A program made the position numbers and the translations under genes. Below, piece after piece: positions 1 through 13,280 of a stretch of 64,000 nucleotides of DNA (the first letter of the stretch is position 1; each line of letters begins with the position of its first letter). The DNA comes from Chrysomallon squamiferum (lineage: Eukaryota > Animalia > Mollusca). Where the stretch lies: contig CM022670.1 in assembly GCA_012295275.1 (NCBI GenBank), forward strand, positions 21,080,001-21,144,000. Direction: 5' to 3'. Below the pieces are notes generated by a model that saw only the letters and a list, made by a program, of their open reading frames with translations, searched no databases and was not told the origin of the DNA.

Positions 1-687
1 AAATTAAAAAAAAAAATAATAATAATAATTTAAAAAAAAAATCATTTCATGTCAATACCTGTCTTTCCATTATCACAATCACGCATTCTTTCCACTGAAC
101 ATTATTATTTAAAAAAAAGAAAAGAAAAAAAAAAAAAAAAAAAAAAAAAATGTTTTTCGTCCCACTCCAAATCTTCTGGCATCTAACTTCCTTGAGAATC
201 TATTTCTCGTGTTTAAATTTCGTTTGATGTCATCTTGCCCCAGTGGGATTAGCGAATATTTTCCCACGTGCGCTCGGATACGAAATGTCACGAAAATTCC
301 TTGCCGCGGTTTTATGTCTTCGGCACCTGTTACGTCACAATTCTGGGATACGAAGAGGAAATTAACAGTAATCTAAAGCAGAATAAATTCACGAACTGCG
401 CATGTCCCGCGGAGCCAGGGAAATTTAAATCCATTTTTGAAAATGGCTTCCACCTGTACTGTTGCTAAGATTCAGTGTAGCAGACGAGACTTTGGTAGGC
501 CGTTTCTTGACGCCACGCGCGTCCTGTTGATTAGTGAAGGGAATACGCCAGTGTTTATCAGTCTTTTTTGACTGAGGAATTATTGCTAGAAAATGCTGAA
601 AATATTACTGTTAACAAGGCATTGCTGAAAATATATACATGTTATTAGTTTGATACCAGCTTAAACTTTAAAAAAAGAAATCCATAA

Positions 688-693
<6 letters not shown>

Positions 694-722
<29 letters not shown>

Positions 723-770
723 TGTATGTATGTATGTATGTATGTATGTGTGTATGTATGTATGTATGTA
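694..770. repeat. (TATG)n microsatellite
   Basis: Seen directly. Confidence 0.95.
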
Positions 771-1572
771 TAAAAAGAATGGCTTTCTAAAATGGCAGTT
801 TAATTTTCAAATATAATGGAACCTCTGAATATAGTAGCAGTTTAATAATTTTCTTCTATGAATAAATGAGTAAATAAATGAGAAGAGAAATAAACCACCC
901 GAAGTACGATATCTAATAGAAAAAAAAAATCGTAAACACACATACACACACACAAACAAAAGCTTCCATCGAAACACAAAGAAAAAAATAGGAACTGGCC
1001 AATAAATTAAATGACAAAAGAAAACAATAAAACCGACAAAAGCTGTATGAGAAAAAAAAAAAAAAAAAAAAAAAAAAAACGTACTGACGACAGATTTGAT
1101 AAAACGCGGAATGAAACTAACACTAAAAGTGTTTTGTGGCTGTTGCAGACGTTGACGAGTACAGAGGCGTGTACGTTTCCACGAGACAGACGTCTGACGT
1201 ACCGCCAAAAGTGAATGATGTTAGCTCGAATCTGCATCCGCACTGCTGCCCACAGGTCTCTAATCGGTCAGAGATCTACCCTCGCTTCCCTTCCCTTCAA
1301 AGAGAGCCATGAGGCAAAAAGTACAATAGCCCACACAGTGGTACAAGTGAAAAAGAAATGGCCCCCCATTAAAAACTGTTAAAATTGCCGTGCAAGTGTT
1401 TAAATGCGTCTGAAATCAAGTGGTCGTCTGTTTCTGTCGTGGCAGGCCGGAAGTGACGAAATCTGCTTCGTCGTTTAGAACAATGTAGATACACACATTC
1501 ACAGGAATTTAAAAAAAAAAGAGAAGATTTTATATTTATTATGATAGTGCATTAACACCCGCAGCCCACACA

Positions 1573-1847
1573 AAGTGGCATGCAGAGGGAGGGGGGGGGG
1601 CGAAGGTGCGGTGGCCCGGACATCCAAATCGGGGGTGGGGGGCATCCAATCAGAGAAAAGAATTTAATAAATTTGGTTGGTTTATATTTAAACTGAATAA
1701 AATGTTTATTTTAAGATTCATCTGTGTTCACAGATTCAAACTATCTTCCTTTCTCGTAATATTTCTCAATACTAGGCCTTATACTTGAGTCTTTGGGGCA
1801 TACCATCCAGGAATTGGCCCCGAGCATCACCAGACCTCTGCACGCCT

Positions 1848-1850
<3 letters not shown>
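1573..1850. mobile_element. Non-autonomous hAT-like MITE (~278 bp)
   Basis: Imperfect 16-bp TIRs (AAGTGGCATGCAGAGG / CCTCTGCACGCCTCTG, 13/16 match); 8-bp TSD-like flanks CCCACACA / CACACACA (7/8). Confidence 0.6.

Positions 1851-1914
<64 letters not shown>
1851..1914. repeat. (CA)n microsatellite abutting the MITE
   Basis: Seen directly. Confidence 0.95.
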
Positions 1915-1917
<3 letters not shown>

Positions 1918-2846
1918 TCAAGATAGCGATAGATAATTATTATTTAATTAAAAACGTTAATCTTTTTAAAACTTGACATAATTAAGCAGCAGAAACGGAT
2001 CAAATTTTATGAAAAAAATGCACACACACACACACGTATTTAAGTTACATTGTTGATATTTTTATCTGATTTGTCTTTCACTCCAGAGAGCCGCCGTAAT
2101 CAAATAAAAGGGACACGCTTTCATTTCTTACGAGCGATTACGTCACTTCCGTAACGAGCGTCAAGATGAATTAGCATCCATTAATTATAACGAGATCCTG
2201 TAAGAGATAACATTTGTTGTTAATTATAAACTTCCCTTCACCGCTTTGGTCATCAGTGGGAAAATATACACACACAAGGGTGTAACCAGGAGTGTGCAAT
2301 GAGGGTGGTAGTACCACTGTTACGGTGGATAAGAATGTAACTCATTGTTTTAAATAAAGTTTATGAAATTAAATCAAAATATCGGAAGCCGGGATAAAAC
2401 CAATCCTTGCTTTTGTTTGAATTTATTATTATTTCTTTCTTTCTGTTGATTAACGGACTAATTATTTTATTAGTTTTTTTTTTTTTTTTTTTTTTTTCTT
2501 TCTTTTTTTTTAAGAAAAGAAGAAGAAAATGTAGATACACATATATTATTTAACTTAAAAATGAATAGTTAAATTTACAAAAATTATTATTAGTGATACT
2601 TTCCGAACGATTGTTTTAATGATACATATAATATATACAACACCACACCTACTTTACCCATCCTTAAAGTTCTGATCGTTTTGCACTTTATATCGAATCG
2701 CCTTATGCCACCTATCTATAATAACTGAGTGTTTTATTAAACCACGATTATTCAGTTCAAGCCTGCAAACTGCGTAAAAGATATAATTTGTGTTTGTAAG
2801 GTGCATAATAATTTATCCCCGATTTTAAAATTAAACCAAATAACGC

Positions 2847-2990
<144 letters not shown>

Positions 2991-3318
2991 TTAAAATGAG
3001 AAATAAAATGGAGAAACGAAAAATAATTCTGTTGGGATATTTAAGGGTCAAGTACATTTATAATATACGCACATGTGCAAGCATACTAGACAAACTCGTA
3101 TACAGACTGTGACCAATAATTTCCACTTTACAGGCTTATATTATTTACTAGCTCAATATGTTAAACTTGATTTTAGTTTAATAATGTTTTTGTTTTTTTC
3201 TTTATTTCATCTTAAATAGTTATTTATTTTTCTTTTATTGCAAATGGAAGTAATGAATCAATTTTAAAATATAAAGAAGTAAAATAAAACAAAACCTCTC
3301 CTCAGCATTAAAAAAGCG

Positions 3319-3385
<67 letters not shown>

Positions 3386-4461
3386 AAATAAAATAAAATA
3401 AAAAATAAAAAATATATAATAAACAAAATATATAAAAAAAGAAAAGAAAAAAAAAAAAAAAAATATCGTTTCATTGTAAAAAAAAAAAAAAAAAAATTAC
3501 AAAAAGAACTTGAAAAAAAATTAAAAAAAATGATCACAAGTTTTGAACAACAACCCTTTATCATTTCGAACAACGTTTTAGTAAACAAAATTCTGAAACA
3601 GTTGGTCCCTTGTTTTTGCGGTCAACAAACCGATGTTTACACAATAATTTCAGTAGGCCATCATCCATTCATCAACGTTATAGTAATCCCGCGGTTGTAA
3701 ACAATCTCCGCTTCCAAAAAACCATTCATAAAAGCACGACGCATGAATTCCCACCAAGGATTAATGTAACCGTTCTTACATCTGTCACGCCTGATATTTT
3801 TTTTTTTTTTTTTTCTGGCGTGTCGTGTGAACGTCGTTACCGGACTGACGTTGCGCGGAACGGAAAGTCAAGTAACAGTGGCTGTTGTAAGCCGCAGAAA
3901 TACGACATGCGTTGTTACACAGTTGGTAAATTCGACGTGAAAGATTATCCGTTTGGCCACAGGCATTTGTGGTTTTCCACTTGATTTACGACCGTGAATA
4001 ATACATCAATAGTACATGTTTTGAAACGCTGTGTCCTTTTATGTCTGCGAAATGAACAGTGTAATTTAGAAACAAAATAATAGTAATGCTGACGATGGGT
4101 GAAGATATTATTTGATTTCTATGATAACTACACGAAAGAAACTAACGCACGGCTAATGCGTACTGTACTTATTGAGAAATACCAAAACACATTTACACAT
4201 ATAAAATTACAAACAGCATTCATGTACAAATACGAGTTATCGAATAAAGGGTCATACAAATTTCTGTTACATTGGCATTCTTTTCCTTTATTATTATTAA
4301 TATTATTATTATTATTATTATTATTATTTAACTACGTACTATTATTATTAATTAAGAATTTGTTTTGTTGTTATATATAATTAGAACAGATATATTGTTT
4401 AGTAGAGGTTTCTCTGTTTTATGCTGTCATTGCAATGAATAATGACCCGCTATTAAATAAA

Positions 4462-4492
<31 letters not shown>

Positions 4493-5184
4493 TAATAAAA
4501 TAATAATAATAATAAAATAATAATAAATAAATTAAAACATTTTTTTTTAAAATAAAACCTGTTGTATTTGAAATCTCGTGATTAGCCTGAAGCCGTTGGG
4601 GATTTATTTGTTTGTTATGCTTGAGTAACTGTCAGAGAACATTTTTTGAGCGCAGTTGCAAAAACACTCCCAGAATTCCGCTTGCACCCTTTCAAAACGC
4701 AGACGTGCAGATGTTCAAAACGAGTTTTATACAACAGACTCTTTTTTTTTTTTTTTTTCCCCTTACAAGATCCGCTGTGTACGGTTTTCAAACACTGACC
4801 TCTGACCTTTAACCTTTTGAATTTCCCCTTTGGGGTGAGACAGGTGTGGAGAGCAGGGAGACACCCAGTTACGCAAACTTCCGGCAGGGAAGCCTGGGAA
4901 AATCGCCGCACGTGGCCATGAATGAAATGAGAATTTTTTTTTTTTTTTCCTAGTTATTGCAGCAGGCAAGTCTGGCCATTGTAGTATCGCAGTGTCCTAT
5001 GATTTATGGTATCATGTGCAAACAGTTTAAGGGGACACCTGTGTTTAAAGGCCAACCTTTGTAATCGCAAATGAAGCAATCAAGTACAAGGGTGATCAGT
5101 GTAAAAAGGAAAATTTATAAAAAGGGGTTCAGCAAGGTGACATAGACACTGGGTGTAATAGAGCTATTTAGTTTAAAAAGCCCA

Positions 5185-5228
<44 letters not shown>

Positions 5229-5387
5229 TATTATTATTATTATCGACATTATCATTATTTTTATTATTTAAAACTTGGAGCTTATCCTGGTTAGCATATA
5301 AATATGTACTGGCATAAAGTGTGCTTCCACTTCATAAAGAAGATTAAGATCCATTCTTCTGATTTCATAAACAGAAAAAAAAGAGAG

Positions 5388-5419
<32 letters not shown>

Positions 5420-6789
5420 AATAAAAATAAAAAAGATCGATAGAAAATTGTGAGAAAAGAGAGCGCGCGATGATGCGCTTTTACATTTTGAAAATTATTT
5501 CTAAAAGTGGATTAATGAGTCTTTCTACAAGTCCTGAAAAAGTTAAGAAAAACAATGCATTATGACTGAAATATTCTGACACCCATTAATTATTTGTTAT
5601 GAACTGTCGTTCGTTTTATTTATTTATTTATTTTAATATGAGAAGAAAAAAAAAATAAAAAACACACACTGAATAGATTTCTTTTACGGTTTATCAAAAA
5701 AATCTTCTTTTATTTGTTTTCTTATAACTAGTAATGAATTTATTTATCCTTTTAACGAATACGTCATGGTATACTGGCTAGAACGGGAATTATCACAGTT
5801 GGCGTGTTATGGATACATCCAGCGCTCAGAAGTTTTGCGGATATTCAACTAACTCCACTTACAACTCATTACAACCAACATTTAAAAATGTTTAACAATG
5901 TATTTATATGACGTCAGTTAAATAAATATTGAATGTTCAATCTCTGGAAACTTTGTATTACTGTGTAGATGAATGAAAAATCGACGTCATTAGTAATACA
6001 TGAATGAAAAACCAAAGCGAAAAATGTCAATGAAATTTACGCAAAACAATATTGTGAATAAATTTAGCAGATTTATTTACGTACTTTAACATACAATTAA
6101 AATATATAATAATGATGTCACTTATATTGTAATGCCCATATCACATTCAGGAAAATTCAAAACAGAAACATTCCCACTTTTAATAAGAATTCTATTACCC
6201 AAAACTCAATAACAACAATAAATAAACAAATAAATAAATATATAAATAAATAAATAACAATGAAGGGGGAGGAATAAATAAAACAAAACAAAATAAAATA
6301 AAATAAAAACCACAACTAACAATGCAAGAAAATAATAACATTTTATTTCATATTTCCCTCTCCCAATCTTTAACAATGAATTCACAAAGACATATCATTA
6401 ATCAATACAAGTAGCATATTTATACCTACTTCTGTATACTTGTATATATATATTCACACAGAAAACAATTTACCACTTACACATACTCACAGCCAGATCT
6501 AGGGACCAGCTTTAGAATGAATCTAAAATTTACTCTGAATATTTTATTTTTATTTTTTCATTTACTTTTGCCTGAAGAATCCCAGGCATGTGAGCCACTC
6601 TGTGTCTCATACATTAATGGCACGTATTACATCTAAATCTGGAATATGTAATGAAAACGAACAATAATTTAATATAGTTTTATCCCAACCCAAGTTACTG
6701 TTAATGATGTGATTAATCCACCAATGATTAGTTGATAGATGAATGGCAACCTGGTAACAAGACTGGTTACACAAAGTAAGTTGATGCAA

Positions 6790-7270
6790 CATTCATTTAC
6801 ATAAAAATAAATCTTACAAGACTAATATTCACAATACAAAGCTGATGATTCACATAAATTGTAACTAAATAAATTATTTTGCATTACTTGTCTGAAGATT
6901 AAAACAAAATAAGAGTTAATAAATTATTCACATTTTAAGTTCATTATTCACACAAAATTAAACTGAATATTCACATTTTTAAGCCAGTTAACATAAAATT
7001 AGACTGAGTATTCACATTACTAGCTATTAATTCACATAAAATTAAAATGAATATTCACGTTATTAAACTAATTCACATACTGAATAATTACATTGCAAAG
7101 CTGATTCACATGAAATTCATCATGAGTATTCACATTACTAGCTGTTGATCCAAGTAAGATTAGATTCAATGTTTACACTACTAGCTACTCATACAATTCA
7201 ATGAACATTCAAACAACAAAGTGATCATCTGCACTCAGCTGATTAATGATTCAAACACAAGCTGCTAATT
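6790..7270. repeat. Degenerate ~43-bp minisatellite (about 10 units)
   Basis: Recurring ATTCACATAAAATTA...GARTATTCACATTACTAGCT pattern. Confidence 0.7.
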
Positions 7271-8113
7271 GACAAAATCATTCAAGTTTAATTCAACACT
7301 AAGTATTAAATTTTTTTTTTTTTAAAATTCAAAATTTATCATTTAGTTTTATGAAATATTTTAATTAATTTTAAAAAGCTCAGTACTTCACATTCAAAAG
7401 ATTTGTCAGAAACACAAAACACACCCAGGGTTATTCCGTTAGCTGTGGATTTTTCAAGTAAGAACAAAGTATTTTTACATGTTGATGAAAAATTAAGGTA
7501 TTTATTACAAACACGGACTTCAAATATTAAATTACATATTAAAATTCTAGTTTCATTTGTTTTTGAACATAATAGAATTTCACACACACCCAGTCACAGA
7601 AACACACATGTACACACACCCACACCATGTGCAATGACTATCTGAGGTAATGCTGAGTGAGTCAAAACAGGTAAAATATTTCCTGTTTATTTCTTGACGC
7701 TGAATTAAAACAGATTTCTCAAAATTTGTGGCCACTGCTACACATTTCCATGTTAATTTGTACAAACTGAGAAATCACCTGTATTTTAGATAATTTTGTT
7801 TAATTAATGCTGTTGTGATATAAATAAAGATTGTGTGTTGGCTGGCCTGCAGTGTAACACAAACACAGAAATACTGTTTCCTAATAATAATTATGTTGTC
7901 TTTTTTTTTGTATTTAACACTTAATTCTGTTCTATAATTATTAAACCTCACAATTTCTCTTTGGTTCAACACAATTTACAAAGTAAATGCTTTGACTGAA
8001 AATATTTCTAAATACTTAAATTTGAAATTATTCTCTCTTCTTAATAATAAACAGCTATATCACACAACTATAGCTATTAAAAAAAAAAAAAATAAAAATA
8101 TATAAGTAAACAA

Positions 8114-8170
<57 letters not shown>

Positions 8171-9044
8171 CATAATAATAATAATAAAAAAATTTAAAAG
8201 TAAAAAAAAAAAATTACATGTAAACAAATTAATAATAATGATAATAATAATAAAAAATGAAAAGTAAAAAAAAAAAATAAAAATAAAATACATGAACATA
8301 AAGCTACACACACACAGAAAACCCCAATCAAATTAAAATTATTATTAAAGCTTCAGTGAAACTTCCACATTAATAAATAATATGAGTCTTCTAATGTGTT
8401 TACAACAAACCAGTACATGAAAATCCATTCAGCTCCAGTAATTCAATGACACACAATTGTCACTAATGGATATTAACCACAGACCATGTGGAAATGTAAA
8501 AATCAGACTGATAAATTATTTAGGCCCAACACATTTTTACTTTAGCTGTTAAAATAATGCAAGTATCCAGCAGCTAATACACATAGATCAATAAGTACCC
8601 AACTGCACTGAAAAGTGTGTAAACACAATGACTAAATTCTGTCAAAGGTTCTCAAAGTTTGAGAGCAACCCCCTTACTTTACTTGTTATCATTAGGGGTA
8701 AATTCAAGTAGACAATTCAACAAATACCACTACTGATTTATCCAAGTACTTGGTGACAACCAGTCTGTTGAATGATGCAGCCCACCTAGTGTTCATTTTC
8801 AGTCTCCCTGTTTATTACAAATGTACAGGCAATAAATGACTAACATCATATTACAACTGTACATGAAATAAATAACACCTTATAACCACTGTTATTAAAA
8901 ATAAGTGTTAGTGCCAGTGAAAATATTTTCACTTCTCTGTTATTATTGTGTTGGTATTTAAAAATCGTAATAGATACATTTTTCAAAAGTGCTCACTGGT
9001 ATGGGTATGTCCTGTCCCCCTGGTAGCATGTAATAATCCAGATA

Positions 9045-9230
9045 AAGAATGTTTCAGTTTAATACGGCACACAATTCTAAAATAATCTTATTTAGCAATG
9101 GACAGTGGTCAAGACTATATAGAAATGATGGAAGACCCACTGATACCATGTGTTGGTCTATTCTTTTTTTTTGCAGCAAGAATTTTCTTTTTTTAAACAC
9201 CTTCTAAGAGACAGGAAGAAATAAATGATA
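9045..9230 (-). mobile_element. Decayed copy of the same SINE family
   Basis: CTATTCTTTT...GCAGCAAG...GACAGGA in the same order as the 22.4-kb copy. Confidence 0.4.
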
Positions 9231-9432
9231 ATGAAAACATTCAGCTTATAGCATCCACTCCCTTATTCTTCCCAGCCTTAACTTGATTGATCTAAACATA
9301 CTTCTACTTCATAAAGAACATTACCATCTCTGGTAGCACACGTTAAGTACAAAATGGAAATGCTCATCACATAAATATTAGTGACTCTTATGGAGATGAA
9401 ACTAAAACATTTTATGTTAATATTAATTTTTT

Positions 9433-9463
<31 letters not shown>

Positions 9464-10544
9464 TTTATCAAAATAAAAACTGTAACAACCAAAGTTTGTA
9501 CAAAAAATATTTTAATAATTCTTCTTTTTTTTCATTTTCTTCTATTTTAATGTCAGTTATTTAATAAGTCAGAAACAAAACATGCTTATATTGACATGGT
9601 AACAAATAACAAAAGAAACACAAAATTGAGACTAGTACTCACCATTTATCCCATAAATATATTTTTTTAAGTTATGATCAACATTAAAGTTTTCTGATAC
9701 AAGCTGTCTCTGTTATGTCTTTATTCATCAAGGTATAAGCAATGAAATGAGCAATAAAGGTATATATATATATATATTCAGATCTAGTGAGCATACCTAT
9801 CATTTACCTTCTTTTTCTGACCAATGTTTCTTTTTCATTGTGCTTTAATAATGAACTGGCTTTGCTTCAGAAACATTTATCACAACTGTGATGACTGTCC
9901 TTATGAAATCAGGAATCTGCATTTGAAGTACGCACATACAAGGTATCTCACAAGACGTACTGTATTTTAACATTTGTACTCCTAACACAAGGAATAATCA
10001 TGAACATACAGCATTGCTGTAAATAAGTATTTTATATTGCATGTGGATAATCTTTTAATGTCAAATAATTAAAATGAGTAATTCTTAAATATATACATTT
10101 TTAAATCTAAATTCCTGTTGCAGTATATACGTGCTGAATGAATATTTCATTTGGATGCTTTGTATAACGAATTATGAAAGACATTTTTAAACATGACTTG
10201 TCAATTAATTTGCAGAATAGTTTATAAAATTTGACTGCACGTGAATATTTATTATAAAAATTTTTCAATAAGTCCAGAACTACGTTTTTAATGTGTCATT
10301 CTCAAAGAAAATACAGGTTCAATAAATGTTAAGTTTTACATTACAATCTGCATTTCTTTCTGTACATATTAGTGTGACGTTCTTTGATAAATAACAAGTT
10401 TTGATTTTAGACATATAACATTGTTTTTGAAAACAAAAATGAAATAAATTTGACCAACACATTATCTCAAGACATTCATGAAACATTAAAATACTACTGC
10501 TAATAATGAGAGACACAGATAGACAGAGAGAGAAAGAGAAAGAG

Positions 10545-10577
<33 letters not shown>

Positions 10578-12279
10578 AAGAAAGAGAGCGAGAGAAAAAG
10601 GGAAAAGGGAGAAAGAAAGAGAGAGAGAGATTATTTTGCTAAGATTTCTTGTCATTTCTATTCAATGAACAGTTTGTGCATTGTCATTAGCAGTATATAG
10701 ACATTTTCAGTCACACACAGATTTTCAAGTTTTACATTTTTTCCACACATCAACACAGTACATCACAATTACATTTTAATTTAAAATGAACATGCATACA
10801 TTAATAGCTTGCAAGCAACCTACCCACAAAATGCAGTGAAAACTCAGCAAATGAAAAACATTAATTTTCTTTCACAAAACATTGTTACAATTCTGTATCA
10901 ATTGGAGAGGGGGTGTGCACAAACTTTCAGAAAAATAAGCTGAACTTATTGAAGAAAATTGCAAAAATTAAATGAAAAGAAAAAAAAAGAAAAAAAAAAG
11001 AAGAAAATAATAATTTGGAAAGTCTACCCAATAGACTTGAAAATAAAATATTATGTTCTAGCTTTAAGCACTCTTTCATTATTTTTATTAAAAAAACCCA
11101 GAAAAAAACTTTTAAAAAGAAAAAAATAGTAACAAAAAAAAACAACAAAAAAAAAAAAAAAAGTAAATATGTCCAAAATTCAGCAGTGAAATATATTATT
11201 ATTATAATTACATGTCATATTATGTGCATGATTTATCATAAAAAACTACTTCTCAAATATTAAAAAAAAAAAAATGCAGATTGTGCCAGTGTCTTCAATT
11301 ATTCTCCAATCTTCATAATTTTAGCAAAAACCTAGTCTGCTGCATTCAAATATCGATACAAACAAATTTTTAATTATATATGATGCTGCTCTTCAAATGA
11401 CAGTGCAAATGTAATGAAGAAATACTTTTTCAGCTGTGTTAATTATACAAAAAAATAATAATATGATGGTTCAGCTCAATTAACATCATATGAATATGAG
11501 TTGAAAACAAACAGCATTAACCAAACCAAAACATTTAAATTCAAGTCAACTGATAGTAAAGCCAAAACAAAAAGTTTAATATTGAATTTAAAGACGGTTT
11601 AAATCAAACCAAAATACGTGTTCTGCTATAAACCAAACCATAACATATATTTATAAACATCTGCTAAAGTGACAGTACAAAATAAACCATAACTAAATAA
11701 CCGATCAAAGTACAATACAAACCAAATCATAAAAAGATAACAAGATTTTATCTTATCTTCCTATTAAATATTATGACACTGAAGTTTAAAACAAATATTT
11801 ATAATGTTTTCCTGACTGTTAACTGGTATCACATGTATAACAAGATATATAACGAAAAATATTTAATTTAATAAGAGTACAATTTTAAACTCTTTTTCGA
11901 GACAATTCATCATTCATTCAATTAAAAAAAAAAAAAAAAAAAAAAAAGATTGAAGGTGTAACCAACTGAAAAATACTGTTTTCTAGTTTCTGTCTTTATT
12001 ATTATTATTAATGTGAATAAATTTAAAATATTTCATTGAATACACTGCAGAAAAATAAAATCCCCATTTACCTCTCTCTCACAAATGGAAGCCATAACTT
12101 ATCAATGTATATCACTGTAATCCAATATATGTATATTTTATTATAGCATTTTCCCTTTATCTTATCTCTTTATTTTAATTATTAAGTCCTGAAGCATCAT
12201 GGGATGTTCTGAGTTGTCTTTTTTAAATATATATATATATATTTTTTTATTATTATTTTTGGGGTGTTTTTGGGGTGTT

Positions 12280-12387
12280 TCACATAATATCAAAAAGTTT
12301 CTTCAGTTCAACTATTAACAGCCAGTCCTGTTTCTGCATGTTCTCTCGGAAATAATTCTTCACCACATCAATAGAATCCCGTGTTAT
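12280..12387 (-). CDS. EIF5B: eIF5B terminal exon 25 ([35 protein letters not shown])
   Basis: Matches the eIF5B C-terminal helices; CAG acceptor; TGA stop; absent from the ORF track. Confidence 0.95.
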   Translation of the reverse strand: MTRDSIDVVKNYFRENMQKQDWLLIVELKKLFDIM

Positions 12388-13234
12388 CTGAAAATTTAAA
12401 TTAAAATATTAAAATAAAATAAAATACAATTTTGGGCATATTAGAGTAGTAGACTAAGAAACAAAATCAATCTTCAGTACATCCAAACTGGTTTATTTAT
12501 CATTCCAAAATGTTCCTTATTATCAGAGATTTTATTATAAATGTTAATGTTACAATTATAAAACCCCTTTTTTTAAAATATGTAATGTCAGTTATGTGTT
12601 TATTATTTTATTTTTCAACAGAAGATTACATCTGAAGGATACCTCCTCCACGAAACAGCTCACTGTAGATTATTTACCATTCCAGCCAGTGCTCAGTGAA
12701 TACTATGAGGTTTCCTTTTAAGACTATGTTAAATCCTTAAAGTTTTGACATCCACAAACCAATATTTATTTTAATTTATTATTATGACAATGAAATAAGC
12801 ATTTTGTTACAAAATTATCTATCCTATGATGATGGGTTTTAATATTTTAAATTTTTTTCTACTATTTATTCAATACCACCTGTTTGGGTGACTGGGTGGT
12901 TTTATTTGTCTCATAAATAATCAACTGGATGGATATATATATATATATATATATTAAATATAATCTTCTTAACTATTAACAAAAGTTTTCATTCTTTCAT
13001 AAATGCATTTTTTTTTATTTATTTTTTTTTTTTTTTTTAAATAAAAAAAAAAAAAAAAAAAAAGTAAAATAAAAACAAACAAACAAAAATAAAAACACCA
13101 ATATTACATCATCTCTTAAGTATAAATTTGAATCCTTTCTCTCTGCCTCTCTATCACGCACAAAAGGAAAGAAAAATAAACTCTAATTATTTTTGATAGC
13201 TTTGGCATGATGATATCACCTACCCATACCTTCA

Positions 13235-13280
<46 letters not shown>

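Noticed and set aside
51-62. Possible minus-strand donor CAG|GTATTG ending an exon at 59
   Set aside because: Weak consensus, with no linked coding frame or acceptor inside the window.
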